Shown one piece after another: positions 25,501 to 40,608 of a stretch of DNA of 64,000 nucleotides. The position numbers and the translations under genes are program-made. How positions within the stretch are numbered: position 1 is the stretch's first letter; each line of letters opens with the position of its first letter. This DNA is from Marsupella aquatica (lineage: Eukaryota; Plantae; Marchantiophyta). Where the stretch lies: the NCBI GenBank assembly GCA_973895155.1, contig OZ316898.1, positions 7,985,079 through 8,049,078 on the forward strand. Direction: 5' to 3'. The notes beneath the pieces were generated by a model. It saw nothing but the letters and a program-made list of their open reading frames with translations, did not search any database and was not told the origin of the DNA.

Positions 25501-26042
25501 CTACATATTTTGCAAGGAGCAATTTTTGGTACGGACATAGTTATGCTGACCACCCAAGCTACTGATGGTCACATTTTGAGGGATCCACAAAATTTTTGGT
25601 CCATGCCCAGCTCACAGCATTTTGGTCCATGCCAAAAAACCTCCAGGAAATAGCTACTTTGAGACACCTTATTGTTGTTGGTATCATATCTTTCTCTTTC
25701 ACAAACAGCATCTGTACTAGAGGTGTGAACACATTTTGTAACTCTAGACAAACAATAACGTTATTGAAAGCCGCTAGATGAAGTGAAAGGTCCCTGTAAG
25801 ACCCTAGGGTGACAGGGCAGATGGCCTGGTGACAGAGGTAATGAAAAGTACAGACACACACACACACACACAAGTGAGGACACTTTCACCTGGCCTTGCT
25901 GGGACAGCATTTATTGAGAGCAAAGGAACAAGTGATGGGATGACGAGGGAATGACAGACACTTTTTACCTTAGAATGTACTAGCAGGATGAATTAGCTAG
26001 GCCCTCCAAATGACATATAGGGTATCCACCTCCTTGCCCAAA

Positions 26043-26242
26043 ACCACAAATGTTTATGCCCATGTCACCATTTTTCTGCAACATGTATGCTTCTTCTTAA
26101 TCCTTTGGGAAAACAGCAACTTTGCACATTTGCCCACACAAGACCACAAATCTTTATGCCCATGTCACCATTTTTCTGCAACATGTACGCTTCTTCTAAG
26201 TCCTTTGGGAAAACAGCAACTTTGCACATTTGCCCACACAAG
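26043..26242. repeat. Near-perfect ~100-bp tandem duplication
   Basis: ACCACAAAT.TTTATGCCCATGTCACC...TTGCCCACACAAG occurs twice. Confidence 0.9.
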
Positions 26243-29046
26243 AGGGTAGGCTACCTCAAGGCAAGGAAGAAAAATATTGCACAAGACTATTAATTTGCAA
26301 CAAAGTATACTTGTACCTGACAATAACATATGAAGGTGTCTCATATGCCCATTGTAGTATGTCAGTTGAATATTGTGCTGAAATGTATACCCCGACTAAT
26401 TTTAACTATTTTGAGGACTCATCCTCCGATCTCCCTTTGGACTATTTTGGATTTCTCCCCTTTTCTCCCTCATCTCTCAATAAAACATTTCATGCTTAGA
26501 AAATTTAGAATTTTTCTTGAGGGGGCCACAATATTCTTGATGTGGCCACAATAAGGTCAACCATACTAATTCAAATCTATCCTGGGCCATTTTGTGGTCC
26601 CATCACTTCAACTTAACTTTGTTAATAGGGCGTCTCAATCTTCTTCTTTCTGCCTTGGGTCATGGTCACCGACAAATTCCCAAGAAAAAAAATGGTGGAC
26701 ACAAAATTGAGTGTCCGCACACTCCTGACCACCCATGACAGGAACTGGTACTTCTGGGTGTCATTTTTTCCAGGAACTTCCAGGTTTGAGACCCTATGAA
26801 GCCTATAACACTGGTGACCTTTTACTCTCCATAGCCGACCACCTGCCTTTTATCATATAGGTAGAGAATGTTGAAGAATCCATCGTTTGGGGGCCAGATG
26901 AGTAAAACGGGGGTGACCATTATTATACTGCCACAGGGGACCACCTGCCGTTTATGATGTAGGTGACGAATCCAACGGGAAAAGAAGCTTACTATTCGAT
27001 ACTCTGAAGGATACGATTATATTTTACCTGTCCTCCTCGTCTGGACCTCGAGGACACATCACACTCGATCAGAAGAGCAAGGGCAGAGGATGGAGGTTCC
27101 GAGTTGTCCTCTTCTTTTATCCTGCATGGACGAATGAATGTATGCTGGCGGCTGTCGGAGGAATTGCTTCGCAAATGGCCGGACCGGTGAGAAATCTGAA
27201 GAAGGCCACACAAATTCTCGTGCATTTTGGTCCTGTAATTTACAGATTGCTATGTAGGTCGTCGCTCCTTCTCTATCTGCAATTGGATTGACCTACAGCA
27301 CCTTTCTGAGATTGTTGTTTCTGGTTTACCGATCCACTCCGCCATCCGGGCCTCGATCGCCTTTTGTAGGGAATTGATTGCTTGAATGTTTCGAGATTGC
27401 AATGCAGGTCGCCGCTCCGTCACTCTCTCCTGGACTGTTTATTGGTCCACTGCCCCTACCCTATCTCACCTTAACGTTTTGATTGAATGCGCTTGGATTT
27501 TTAGGAAGGTCTATGTAATGAAATAACAGCTACTTTTGGACGAAGACAGTAGTTTGTTTGAGCTCGCGCTGTTTCTTGTCCTCCCTTTCTGTCTCTTTAG
27601 TTTGGGACCGGATTGTTGAAGGGTGATGGTGAAATCGAGCTTTAGGAGTGGCCAAACGAACCAATCGATCCTGGAACGCAATGCCGGGGGATGTTTTGGT
27701 GTCGGTCCATTCTCCAATTGTGGGCATCTGTCAGTGATGGCATTTCTGCGTGTAGTACGAAATATCGGCTTGCATCGCCTTTCCTGTTGCTGGAAATTGT
27801 GTAGTTTCAGTGGTTTTGAATAAACGCGATGAAATGGTAGCGCCGTGCACCTCGCACGTTTGCATGCATAATTGTTTTGAGAACAGTGCTGTTATTCGAT
27901 ACGGCACTGTACCGGGTTTGAGGTTCTTTTAGTTCTCTCCCTCCTGTCAACAGCGCTGCTAAGTGAGTCGCGAGGATGAAGCCACTTGCATAGAGGAGAG
28001 GAGTTGAGGAGAGCTGTCAGGTAGTTTAGTCACTGCGAGGAAGGCAAACTCTGGCAATTGAAAGAGAATTCGTTCCTTCTCATGTCTTGCAAAGACCCTG
28101 TACTGATTTGAACGTAAAGAGGACGAAATATAATTGGTGATCGTTCTGCACTCTTGTATATTTACCATCCTGGTAGCGACTCCCAATCGAACCTCATTGC
28201 ATTCTCCTCCTGCTACAATTTCGTGGGCACCAAACCACTGCAGGAACACACGTGTCCTATACTTTGGCACATGCGTGGTGGACAAGTCCATCTACCGGAT
28301 TTTTCGGTCCTTCACTGTATGAATCGATCAAATTCGGAGCGACATTCATTATAGCAGCTGTAGTGTTGTGATAATAGAAAGACGTGAATTGAAGCAGAGG
28401 GGCAACGGTCTTCTGTCGAGGCATGATCATGGACGGGTACAGTTTCTTTTGTATCGGTGGATGAGACCTAATATTAGCGATCAGCTGATTTAGCTCAAGT
28501 GTTTTTACCTCTCCTAGTTTGACCTTGGGGAAGGAGTCGTTGCTGATGCTAGTGCCTGGTTGATACGGAGGTAGCATAGCGGATGAAGGACTCATGTAAA
28601 TTGTGCACGATTGATTTTCCGCATGCATGTATTACTCTTTCCCACTTTCTACATTGCTACTACTACTGTAGAGAACGTAGCACGGGAGAATTCCAAATTG
28701 AAGTCCGCCGGGGAGGGGGATGGGTGTTAACATAGCAACGATGGATCAGATTAATAGATAATGTATATCTTCAACGACGGATCTCAGAGCTAAGTAATGT
28801 AAACACGGAAGGATCGAAGAAACAAACTTTCAGTCGACACTTGCACACTAGCAAGCATGAACTGGATAATGAGATGGACGATAATAGTGTAGGGACGGAA
28901 TGTGCAGTATCAAGAGAACAATGAGAAGGCGAATTATGCTGGCTGGAATCTTCAATGTCATGTGTGATGTACCTGGTGGTCGATATTGACGCACTCATGA
29001 GCCCGAACTCTGTTAATTGATGGGAAGATTCTATGAATTCTCACAG

Positions 29047-32000
29047 ATGGCGCATGCAATGACTGTCTCCAATTCAATGTCTTCCACGAATGTACTGCCG
29101 GGAGGTCCAGATGTACATTTCATCGACTTAGGCAACAAGGTGACTCTCTATCTCTGTCTCTCTCCGTCTGTGCTGGGTACCTTCAATTGCGAAAGACTAA
29201 ATTCTTTGCGCACAAAGAGCAGAACAAGAAAAGAGAGCACGGCATGGGACGTATCTCAAGATCAGTATATCAACTGTTGCGTCTTTAGTTTAAGTCGCAT
29301 TTTATGAGTTTATGCGTCTCGTTTCATTGACCGTCGAAGTCATGACATGACTTTCCAAGAGGGCAGCTCGTAAGCCTTCAAGTATTCTTGCAGGTTGTTT
29401 TGGACAACAGCATTGTTCAAGTTACCATTTCAAAACCCGGAGGAATTGTTACGGGCATTCAGTATGGAGGCATTGATAATCTTCTGGAGGTTCGCAACAA
29501 AGAGACTAACAGAGGGTACGCACGTAGGCAACGAGGAATGTCAACCTGTACCGTAAAGTATATGCTTATGAAATTTGTGTTCCTGAAATTTTTCATTCTT
29601 TCCATGAAGCGACCTTCTCTGTTTCTGTGGGCGAAATCCTGACAGGTACTGGGACTTGAATTGGAGTGAACCCGACGGAAAGGACATTTTTGATGTGTAA
29701 GTTTTGAGCAATAAGCCCATCAAGAGATTTTTCTCTACATAATTGATTTCTTGATTGTTATTTCTTGAAAGTACTAAGCAATAATATAGTAATGAGCAAT
29801 GTTGCCTTGGAGATAGGATCAAACGACAGACCCGAGTTTATTATGCAAAAGCCCCGAGAGGACTGCGTATAAATGTTTTTAGTTCAAATACACTCATGAG
29901 AAGCAAAGATTCACAGAGCTTTGGGAACTACATAGGTGGCATTCATTCAATCAACATCCACTCGAGTGCCTTACTCATGATTAGTAGTGTGCCTGAAAAA
30001 CAAGGTTCAGTCCGGGTGCACAAACGTACACCGTGTAATAAATCTCAACACTTTTTAGGAGTCTGGACATTGACGCTCTTGCACTCTTTTGTGGATGGTT
30101 TCTGTCATGAATATCTTCAATTGGAGAACATGTACTTGCTCGAGTTTGACTGATGATACCTTGCAGGCCAAGCGGAACAGAGTTTGAACTAATTTGTGCG
30201 GATGGGGATAAAGTAGAAGTATCCTTTGTCCGCCCATATGATGCCGATGGTCACCTGCCCATGGTCCCCCTCAACATAGATAAAAGGTATTTCGAAGCTT
30301 CGAGGCCCTGTCCTGATGTGTTCTGCTCTTCGTATTATATACTCTGTATTCATTCTCTATCTCTCGTTCAGCTCTTCTCCAGAGGATTCCATTCAAAACT
30401 ACTGGAAAATTAATCTATCTGGGTTACAGGTAGGAAGTTTTAGATTGTAAAGATTGATCCACTCTTTTTTCCATCCACATTTGCTTTCAAGTACAGTTAT
30501 CGTATGAATACCTCAAGCACAATATCCCATCTTGAAGCGACGTCCTATTTGTATACACAAACAAATTTTCATTAAATCCTTGTCAATGGCCAGATTTGTG
30601 CTACTGCGAGGGTATTCTGGATTGTATTCGTACGGAATATATGAACGTCCTTGGGGATGGCCTGACTTCAATCTCAATCAGACTAGAATAACGTTCAAAC
30701 TCCGCAAAGACAGGTATGTTCAGTAGTACTTCTGGTATCCTTAAATTGTCAACCGGGCGTCAGGGTAATCTCCGATCAATAAGCAATTCAAATTGATTGT
30801 CTGAAGGTGATGCAGTTATGTTCTCCCATTATATGCCTTAGATTCTTGAGTGACCTAAACCTTTCCAGATGAATATGAACCTATTCCATAGTGAAGTAGA
30901 TTACTGTGGGTCAGATTATTGTTGGCAACTTCATTGTTCTCCCGATTCTCTACTATCTACAACTCCATCTTCATCAATCTTTTGCAGATTTCAGTATATG
31001 GCAATTGCCGATGATAAGCAAAGGCTGATGCCTTCACCGGATGATTTAATGCCTAATCGCTGCCAGGAGCTTGCCTATAAAGAAGCTGTGCTACTGCTTC
31101 GACCGAGCAATCCGTCTCTACAAGGAGAGGTTTGCGTTCCTCGCATTCACTTAAATTCTTTTACTGAAGTAGCTTTAATACGCTTATGTCATTTTAGAAA
31201 CTTAAAGGACAATAATTCATTACTAGAACATGTCCACATGTAATTTGGATACAAAGTTCTAACTTTGAAGTTGATTGCTCCGGTGTAGGTAGATGATAAA
31301 TATCAGTACTCTCTCGAAAACAAGGAGAATAGAGTGCATGGGTGGATCAGTGCTAATCCTATGGTTGGCTTCTGGGTTATCACTCCTAGTGACGAATTTC
31401 GAAATGGAGGTCCCACTAAACAAAATCTGACAGCTCATGTTGGCCCTACTTCTCTTGCGGTAAGAAACCCACTTCTCTTGTACTAAGTTCCTAGAGGTTG
31501 CTTGGTCCCAGTTAACTTCTTTGAGCATTGACTTAACTTTGGTCTCATCAGATGTTTCACAGTGCTCATTATGCTGGAATAGACCTTTGCCCCCGCTTTA
31601 GAGATCAGGAACCTTGGCAGAAGGTATTTGGTCCAATTTTTATATATCTCAATTCCGCACCCCTTGGTACGGATGGGCGGAGCCTTTGGGACGATGCAAA
31701 ACAACAAGTAAGTCTTACATTCTTTGCTTTACTTTATGTGCCAAATCTGGCCCTTCCCTTTTTGCTGTTTGCAAGGAAGAAACCTGTTGGTTGTGTTGAC
31801 TCATCAGAGCCCCTATACGTTACGTAGAACAAGTGTTTACGTGACTTAACTTCGCTGTTATCTCACAGATGTATGAAGAAATGAGGGCATGGCCTTATCG
31901 CTGGGCGTCTTCTCCAGACTTCGCAAAAGCGGAAGATCGGGGCCAGATTTCAGGCAGACTACTTGTCCTTGACAGGTGTGTTGAACACTTCTTCTATTAG

Positions 32001-33798
32001 TCCTCACATCTATCTGCTTACAATGCACGTGAGAGAAAGATACATAGCGTTGGGGATTAATTTGGGTCAACAGTATTATGTACTTGGTGTGTGAAAGTGC
32101 ATCCCAAGTAGGTCATGATCTGACAGATCTGAGCTATCAGGTTCGGGAGGCCAGAAGTATGTTCTGGTACATTTTCATTTCTAGGGCTGGCTGCCCCTGG
32201 TGTTGAAGGATCATGGCAAAGAGAAAGTAAGGTACGATCCCTAAAGGACCGTCTTACAGGATCACATCTCTATTTTTTCAGGGATGCTAGTTTACAAGTT
32301 CGAACCCTAGTTAAGAGGGAGGAGGAAATGGAAGTGATGCTAAGCGGATCTAAAGAATATGCAATGGGTGTGGACAGGGTTATCAGTTTTGGGCTCAAGC
32401 AGATGTCAACGGGTATTTTGCCATTAAAAATGTCCGTGCTGGAACCTATGACCTTTATGGTTGGGTCCCCGGTATTCTTGGTGACTACAAAAGAGACGGG
32501 GACCCTCTGTCAATATCCCCAGGTAACATTTTTGCATCAGTGCTTAACACCCCTGCTGATTTTCATCCATATGTTTAGTGTATTCAACAAGATTACATTA
32601 TTCCTGTGATAGTGTGCCTGCCTCAAGCTATGTCCTTTACTTGTCCAGGCGACATAATACAACTAGGTGATCTCGTTTACGAGCCTCCCCGACATGGCCC
32701 AACTGTTTGGGAGATTGGTATCCCTGATAGGACTGCTGCAAAATTCTTTATTCCTGACCCAAATCCCAAGTACATCAATAGGCTCTTTCTGAACCACCCT
32801 GAAAGGTGATGTACAATGTCTCCTGTGAAGTCCTTCAGTTATTAGGCGAGTATGTCTCGTCGGCCTAACTGATATTTTCATTACTTCCGTTTATCTGTAA
32901 CCCGGTGATGCTGTAATATCATAGAGATGTGTCTCGGGAGTAATTCATTTTCTCGACTTTGTAGCAGGTACCGACAATATGGACTTTGGTCAAGATACTC
33001 GGAACTCTATCCTACAGAGGATCTGATCTACACAGTGGGAGAGAGTGACTGGAGAAGAGATTGGTTTTTCGCGCATGGCTGTCGGTACGATTTGAAACTT
33101 ACTTGACCCAAAAGTTTTTACTTGGACAAACCACCTCCTGTTCTTTCATTGTGGAGGCAGATTGATGATCTGGTTTGATTATAAATTTACTCAATCTCTT
33201 GAAGGCTGGGTCTTATCTTTGAGCAGGATGGAGGCTGATGGCAGCTGCCAACCATCAGTCTGGCAGATCAGGTTTCAGGTTTCGAAGAGTAACGGAAACG
33301 GTGGAATATATAAGTTAAGAATGGCTATCGCATCATCAAACAATGCTGCGATTCAGGTATTTTTTTCTATCCAAGTTTTGATGGATATTTTCCTTTTAAA
33401 CCTTCAGTATGATATTGAGTTTCAGGTAATTCAAATTCACAGGAAGGTCTATATGAATGGGAGTCTGGCAAATGGGCGGAACATGTGAAAATAAATTGTG
33501 TTTACTTTCCTTCCACGGTCAGCTACTTTATCATTACAAAATTTTGCAGGTCCGTGTGAATGATCCGAATGCACAGAAACCCCTATTTGATACAATGCAA
33601 TTGGGGAAGGACAACGCCATAGCTCGTCATGGTATACATGGGTTGTACTGGCTATTCTCAGTTGATATCCCAGGAACGACTGTTAGGCATGGAGGAAATA
33701 CTATATTCCTTACCCAAAGAAAAACTACTGGCCCCTTCACAGGAGTGATGTATGACTATTTGCGCCTTGAGGCACCACCCGTTTCTGCAAATACATAA
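29047..33798 (+). CDS. Rhamnogalacturonan endolyase (PL4); 15 exons: 29047-29139, 29394-29515, 29646-29696, 30167-30286, 30594-30713, 30988-31129, 31289-31459, 31552-31707, 31869-31975, 32141-32231, 32378-32522, 32649-32805, 32968-33084, 33227-33356, 33550-33798
   Basis: Exons encode VVLDNSIVQVTISKPGGIVTGIQYGGIDNLLE, PLNIDKRF, MFHSAHYAG, WEIGIPDRTA, DNAIARHGIHGLYW and GVMYDYLRLE, with GT-AG borders. The ATG follows a CAG, so an upstream exon is possible. Confidence 0.92.
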
Positions 33799-36404
33799 AA
33801 TTTATCTTCGTAGAAACGGATGGGTGCATGAATGGTGTGTTCCAGTTTTCATATTTGACCTGTAAATCCAATCTTTTGTAGAGAGAATGCATTTGGAGGC
33901 GATCACCAAAATATCTGTCCAATCCAGTTTTGGGGGGGAAGAACTAATGACACTCTTCAGGAGTGTCTACGAGTAGGTTCCAGGTGTAAAAATCAAATAA
34001 GTGATGCAAAGTACTGCAAAGCCTTTTTAAGCGTAAGCTAGGGACGTTTGGTACGTTAATTGTGTCTCATTCTCAGCTCCTTCATTGAGTACTTCAGGAT
34101 TATGGTGCACATGCAATCTATTTTCTAGTCGAGGCTGCTCAAAGCTCAGATTGTCAGCCTGGTCAGCTTTGAAAGAGAATCAGTGTACAATTTCATTTCG
34201 GTAAAAATAAATTGATGGTTCTCAGTCCCCAAAATTTAACGATAGAGAGGTTTCGTCGTTCAGTGTCTGATTCTGAGACCGGCACTGGTCTTTTCTAGGG
34301 ACTGTGAAATTCTTTCTCAGTTTTTAGTTTCCTATGGTAGTTGGGGTATTGATGGGGTTTGTAACACTCAGAGCAGGGAAAAAGTGAGAAAGGATTCATT
34401 GAAGGTCTGCTAAAGAAATTCCTTAGCAGTTGTAACAAACCTGGTGTGGCTTTCCATGTAGGGCACACCCTCACCCAAGAAATTCATGTTTTGACTTTTG
34501 TTGTGTACACATCTAAACAAGGTTTTCACCAGCACTACAATGTCACTTAAAATGTCATGAATTACTTACAATTCTGATTCTGTCACAGCTTTAAATTGGA
34601 TAATTGCCACATTGGTTAGTTGTACAGTGTATGATTGACTACCTTAGTTGGCCTATCAACCTTTCTTCCCTCCTCGGGTGGATCTAGCATTTCTCTATGA
34701 CGGTGGATCTAACACTTCTCTATAAGGAGCTACCACATTTTCAGATCTGCTTGTTCATCATGAAAACAGAATCCATGAAAAAGATGGAACAACTTCACTA
34801 GCAGTTCTTCTTTCTTGCTTTCTGCCCTCTTGGTTTGAGGTTAGTGTTTCTCCTCTCTGGACCTCTTTGCTTTCACCTCATTGAACTCTGCTTGGCCCTT
34901 TCACAGTGAATGGGTCCTTTTCATTAAGAAAGAAAGGGAGGGAAACAGTCCTCTGAAAATAGTCTACTAGAAACTATGAAGGAAAAGTTCTTGAAGTGAT
35001 GTTAATAGTATGCTCTCCGTTGGTGCATCATTACACTCATCACCCCCTCCTCTTCTTCTTTTTTAATTTGTAGAAGAGGTCCCAGCCAGTAACTTTCTAA
35101 TCCTGGCCAGGGGGTTCCAAGTCTCATAATCCCCAGTCAACTTAGCATAGTTGTAGCCTGAGGTAACCCCTTTAAAGGGGCTGGCCAAGGGGTTCCAAGT
35201 CTTATAATCCCCTGTCAGCTTAGCAGTTAGGGGTTACAGCCCATAACCCCCTCCAGGCCTTGGGCTACACCCTCCACAAGTTTTGTCAATGTTAATGTTT
35301 ACCCCTGGGCTCGTTCCTTTGACTAGGCTCATTCCTTTTAGTGCATGTACTAGGCTCAATCCATTTAGTGCAAGTGCTTGCTCTGCTGATCTTGACCTTC
35401 CTCTTTGTACCCACCTGACAGTACCCCGCACTATGGGCCTTTTTTCTCAGCTTCAGCTCTCTTCTCGACATGGGAATGGGTGGTCGAAAGATAGCTTAGA
35501 ACTGGGTCCGAACGAGGAGCCGGGGACCAGAAATGGCTTGTAGATTTCCGCGCACTTCGCCGGATGTCCTCTTCCTTTGCTTGTTCGTGTCTCACAAATA
35601 TCTGCCAACAAAAATTTCCTTTAAATAGTTTTCTAGTTCTTGATTTCAAGATTTCTAGGAAGCATGCATCTTTAGAGTTACCTAGCTCCACCTTTGTACT
35701 GAAAGAATAGCTGGTCCATGTCCACCAAATATGGACTGCCATTTATTAGAAGTCACTTTTGTAGTTGCCAATATAATCCTTTAGATCTGACCAAGTCTTT
35801 TCCCAACAAACTCGGTTATACCAAAAACAAAACCTCTAATTGAGCAAAACCCCAATTGGGACCAATAAACCCACTGTTGAAACACATATCCCCACTAAGT
35901 TAATTTGGGGCACTGATATAATTTTGGGCTCAGGGGGTTTATTAATGCCCAGAAATCCATCTAGAAAAAAATAATACAAAGGACTTTCTGTATTTTAGTA
36001 GAGCGGGCCAATGAGGTAAGTGTGGTCAAATCCTAATACTTATGAGGGCTTTTAGAGTACCAAATGTTCATTCTCAAGTGCATGTGAAAATTAACTAAAT
36101 CCTTGAGCCAAATGGTGAGGCCTACTAGAGATGGGAAGGTGGGCATTCTGTAGGAACTCTGCTCTCTAAAAGCTCTGGAACAACTCGTTAAACATGGAAA
36201 AAAAAAAACAGAGCCAGATTACCCTTACAAATTCCCAAATTTACCAAACAGTCCTGAGTTTACAAAAATACTCACCTATTCCTTTTGCCACAGCCCAGAC
36301 AAGAGTTGTTTGAGGGTAAAGCAAAATTGCTCAGTTCTGTTCTTTTTCGAGTCGGAAGATAGTAATGGAGCAATGGCTACTATGAGTGGGGTGAGTTTGT
36401 GGCG

Positions 36405-39109
36405 TGCCTTGTAAGTGTCATCCTGTCATTCTTCTTGTAAAACCATCTACACGGAACCATGTCTTTTCACAAGACATGTCCACTAAGCGCTAAGTTGAAT
36501 TCATCTCCTTCAACATCGTCTCCGTCCACTTATCCTTCTCTGGAGAGGCCATAGTTTCTTCATAGCTAGAGGGGTCTTCATCTTCACTGAGCAATATAAC
36601 ACCGGGATCATCATCGTGCTCAACCAATGAACACGAGAATCTATAAAACCAAATCTATCAAGGGGATGGCCAAGATTGGCCCTTGTGGAACACCTTAATT
36701 GAGAAATTGCACCTCTACCAGAGGGACCAGCAGCTTCCTCAACACCATCAAGCTCCATTGTAGTAGGTTCCTCCATGTGCTCTTCTTGATTATCCTGGGG
36801 TCTTGACAACCATTCTTTGTCAAAAACAACCCTTTTACTCACAATTGCCTTAAAATTGACATGATCCCACAATTTGTAGCCCTTCTGCTCCCGACTAAAG
36901 CTTAGAAATATACATTTCTTAGACTTGGGATCCAACTTAGACCCGTGTGTCTGCTCAATATGAACATAGGCAACACACCCAAAAACTAGAAGTCTAGAGT
37001 AATCAATAAGTTTCAACTCAAATGGAGTTTGCATCAACTTACTATTGTGCGATGACAGGTTGTAAACGTATGTAGGTGGTTGACACCTTCAGCCCAAAAA
37101 TTATTGGGCAACTTGGACCTACATAGCATGCTGCATACTTTACTCCATTCTGCTGCGAGGTCTCTGGTACATGGTAATGACGCTTGAGGACAAGGTCCCG
37201 ACCAAATTGGTCAAACTCATTGGACTTATACTCGCCACCATTATCTGACCGGACACATTTCAACTCCTTCCCAATATGTAGCTCCACCATGGCTTTCCAC
37301 TCCTTGAAGATCTCAAATACTTGAGACTTCTCCTTCATGTAGTACAACCAACACATTCAAGAGTAATCATCTACAAACGTCATTAATATCTGGCTCCATT
37401 CAACAACAGCTCCGGAGCTAGACCCCAAACATCCAAATGTACATACTCTAGAATCTCATGAGAATGGTAGGAACTAGAATCAAAACTTACTCTCTTCTGC
37501 TTGCCAAAGATACAATTCACAGAAAGAGAGCTTACCAGATTGGGCTCCTTGAAACAAATTTTTGTTTGCCAAGGTGGCCAATCCTTTACCACTCAAGTGC
37601 CCCAAATGTGCATGCCATAAATCTATGGTTTGTGTGCCATCAGATGTTGATGGTGCTTCAATTGTAGCAGTCTATGATGCCATTGCATCCGAACATTCCA
37701 CCACAGAATCCACATCCCCTTTCAAGATATACAAATTATTTTGTCATAGCAACTTATTCAAAGATACATCACCTTTGACAACAAAGAGCGCATCATCATG
37801 TGCAGTGAAATAAGATCCACTAGCTTCCAAAGCACCAAAAGAAATGAAGCTTTTAAAGATGTCTAGTATGTATTTTGTCAAAGCTTGCACAATGATGTGA
37901 GATCAACATCATTATCTTCAGCTGGCATAATGATGTTGATCCGATGTGATAATGATGTTCCTCTTATCATGTATGTCCAACATGATTCAGGTTCCTCTTA
38001 TCAAATGTCCAAAATTTGTAGTCCCATGCCAACGATCACAGAGAAATAAGATCATGTTGGACATACATGATAAGAGGAACCTGAATTCAAAATCCATGAT
38101 TTATAGTCATACACGAAATTAACAACACCAATACATAGCATTTCAGCACCATCCTCACAATCAACATCATTATGCCAGCTGAAGATGAAGATGCCCATTA
38201 GAAGGACACTTTTGCTTGGTTAAAGAAGGGCAAAACCACTTGGTGTGGCCCTTCTCATGGCAATGCCAACAATGAACCTCCCTACTACGGGACTTAGATT
38301 TAGATCTGTTATGAGATATAGATTGGATTCTTATGCTTGGTCAAAGAAGGGCAAAACCACTTGGTGTGGCCCTGCTCATGGAATGCCGACACTGAACCTT
38401 CTTATTACGGACTTAGATTTAAATTTGTTTTGAGGTATAGATTTAGATTGATCTGTAGTATGCTCAGTCGATCTACCTCTAATCACTAAGGCAGCAGACT
38501 CATCATCACGGGCAGATAGATGTCGCTTGCTCCATTTTGCAAGAATAATAGTCTTCACCGCATCCAGTTTCAACATAGTCTTGTCATGCGTGATGATCGT
38601 TACCAACGTCAAAAAACTCTTTGAAAGCAACATCAACAAATGCATTGCAAGGTACTCATCGGTCAATTTACCTCCTGCCGTGGTCACCTCATGCACAATC
38701 TCATCCAAGAGAGATGGTCACGCATGTTTCCACTATCTTGCAACTTCAACCTGAATAGCCGCTCCAACTAGTAAATGTAAGTAGTCAATTCAGAAGTACT
38801 TTGGTATAGTTCAGTAAGCGTATTCCAAATCTTCTTGGTGTTACGATCCATGCCCAACACATTTTTGAGAATGTTGTTCGCCAAGAACAACTCGATTGTA
38901 CTACATGTCTGCATCGACATATCTTCCCACTCCTCATTTGCTAGAGTTGAGGGCTTCACTCCAGTGATGGTCTTCTCAACATCCTGTTGGATCAACATGT
39001 TGGTCACCTTCCAAGTCCAGAGGCTAAAGTTGACCTTCCCGTCAAACTTCTCCACCTTAAACTTTGGCACCGCAAGCTTTTGTGAAGTCATTGATGCTGA
39101 CACCAACAC
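36405..39109 (-). mobile_element. Degenerate Ty1/copia internal fragment (gag, protease region, integrase, start of RT)
   Basis: Motifs KVEKFDGKVNFSLW, CCHC knuckle, CVRSDNGGEY, SKLDPKSKKCIFL, with many stops and frameshifts. No LTR recognised. Confidence 0.9.
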
Positions 39110-40608
39110 ACAAGAAACACAAGTACCAAAATACCCCTACACACAATCACCAAAAAACTAAAAGTTGGCAAAAGTGGAAATATAATGCACCACCACATAG
39201 TTTGCAAGGTACACTACAAATATCTGAAAATAATTTGGCAACAAATTGTTTCAAAAAACCTTATCCAATTTTTTTGGTTTTTTTTCTCCTCAAAGCTGCC
39301 ACAGGATGGTGTTCTATGGGTCCCTATTTTTCTCCACCGCAAAGCTATTGCGGAATGATATTTCGTGGGTTACCGTTGTTCCCACCGAAGAACCATAATA
39401 GAACAGTGTTCCCTATGAGACTTTCTCACCACCACTGAGCAACGATGGAATAGTGTTTTGTGGGTGAAATTTCTCACCATCACTCAAAACATGCGCTAAA
39501 CATGATGTGATTTTTGGACAAAATTATTATTCACTTGTCATTTTCTCTATGCCCTAACTAACAACCACACCTCACCTCTACAATGTCCGACGGCTATGCA
39601 CTTGCATTTGTATTCCACCACAACAATTGTTGGCATCGCCATAAATTATGAACCAAGAAGTGAACAAAAGAAAAAATGAGAAAAGATAACTTTGACGTTT
39701 TCACAAGAGAACATCAACCCAAGACCCCATACAAGATCAAGCCGAGCACTTAGATTCCATAGCCAAAGAGATCAGACTATTGTAGCAATATCAAACTTGA
39801 CGTTACTCCCCACTCGAATAACAAAACTCATGAAAATTTTGTCAAGACATAGTGCTCGCCGATGCGCATAGTAAAATGCAAGACTGTTTGCTTGACAATA
39901 TATTTAGACGGGTATTTAGAAAACCAAAAACACATTCAACACTTTTGATGTGAAGTTTCAATCAAAAAACTGTCATTTTTATTTTATGTGCATGCAAGGT
40001 AAGCAACTATGCAAGCCATAAGATACATGCACAAATTATTTTATTAACATGCAATAGTCATTTTATGTGTATACAAGATGAGCAAATATGCAAGCCATAA
40101 AGCGCATGCACAGTTTATTATAGATACATACAAATTATTTTATTTATATATATTAATTATTTTATGCGTGACATGCAATGTGAGGTAATATGAAATTCAT
40201 GACATGCATATTAGTCATTTTATTTGCATGTAAGGTGAGCAAATATGCAAGCCACAAAATACATGCATGCACAAATTTTTTTAGGTGTATACATTAGCCA
40301 TTTTACTTACATACATGATTTGTTTTAATTGCAATAGTACTAGTACAAATTTTTACATTGCATGTGTGCCATTTGGTTTTCATTCAAGCGTTTTGGCATA
40401 ATCCATGCTCTCTTGAATTTAATATAAATAAAGTGATGATAAACACTTTCTCCTCATTCTAAATTTTGAAATTTTTTGCGTTGAAACGATCTTCTTTTCA
40501 TCTCTCATTTTTTCTTTCTATTCTTTGCCATATATATATATAGTAGTGAGACATATTTTGGCCAAATAACAAAAAAATTAGTGATAGAATCATAGACGAG
40601 ACTTTCAA

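Noticed and set aside
39900-40551. Possible Helitron (minus strand begins TCTCACTACTATATA; AT-rich ATGCA repeats)
   Set aside because: No convincing 3' hairpin and CTRR end was found.
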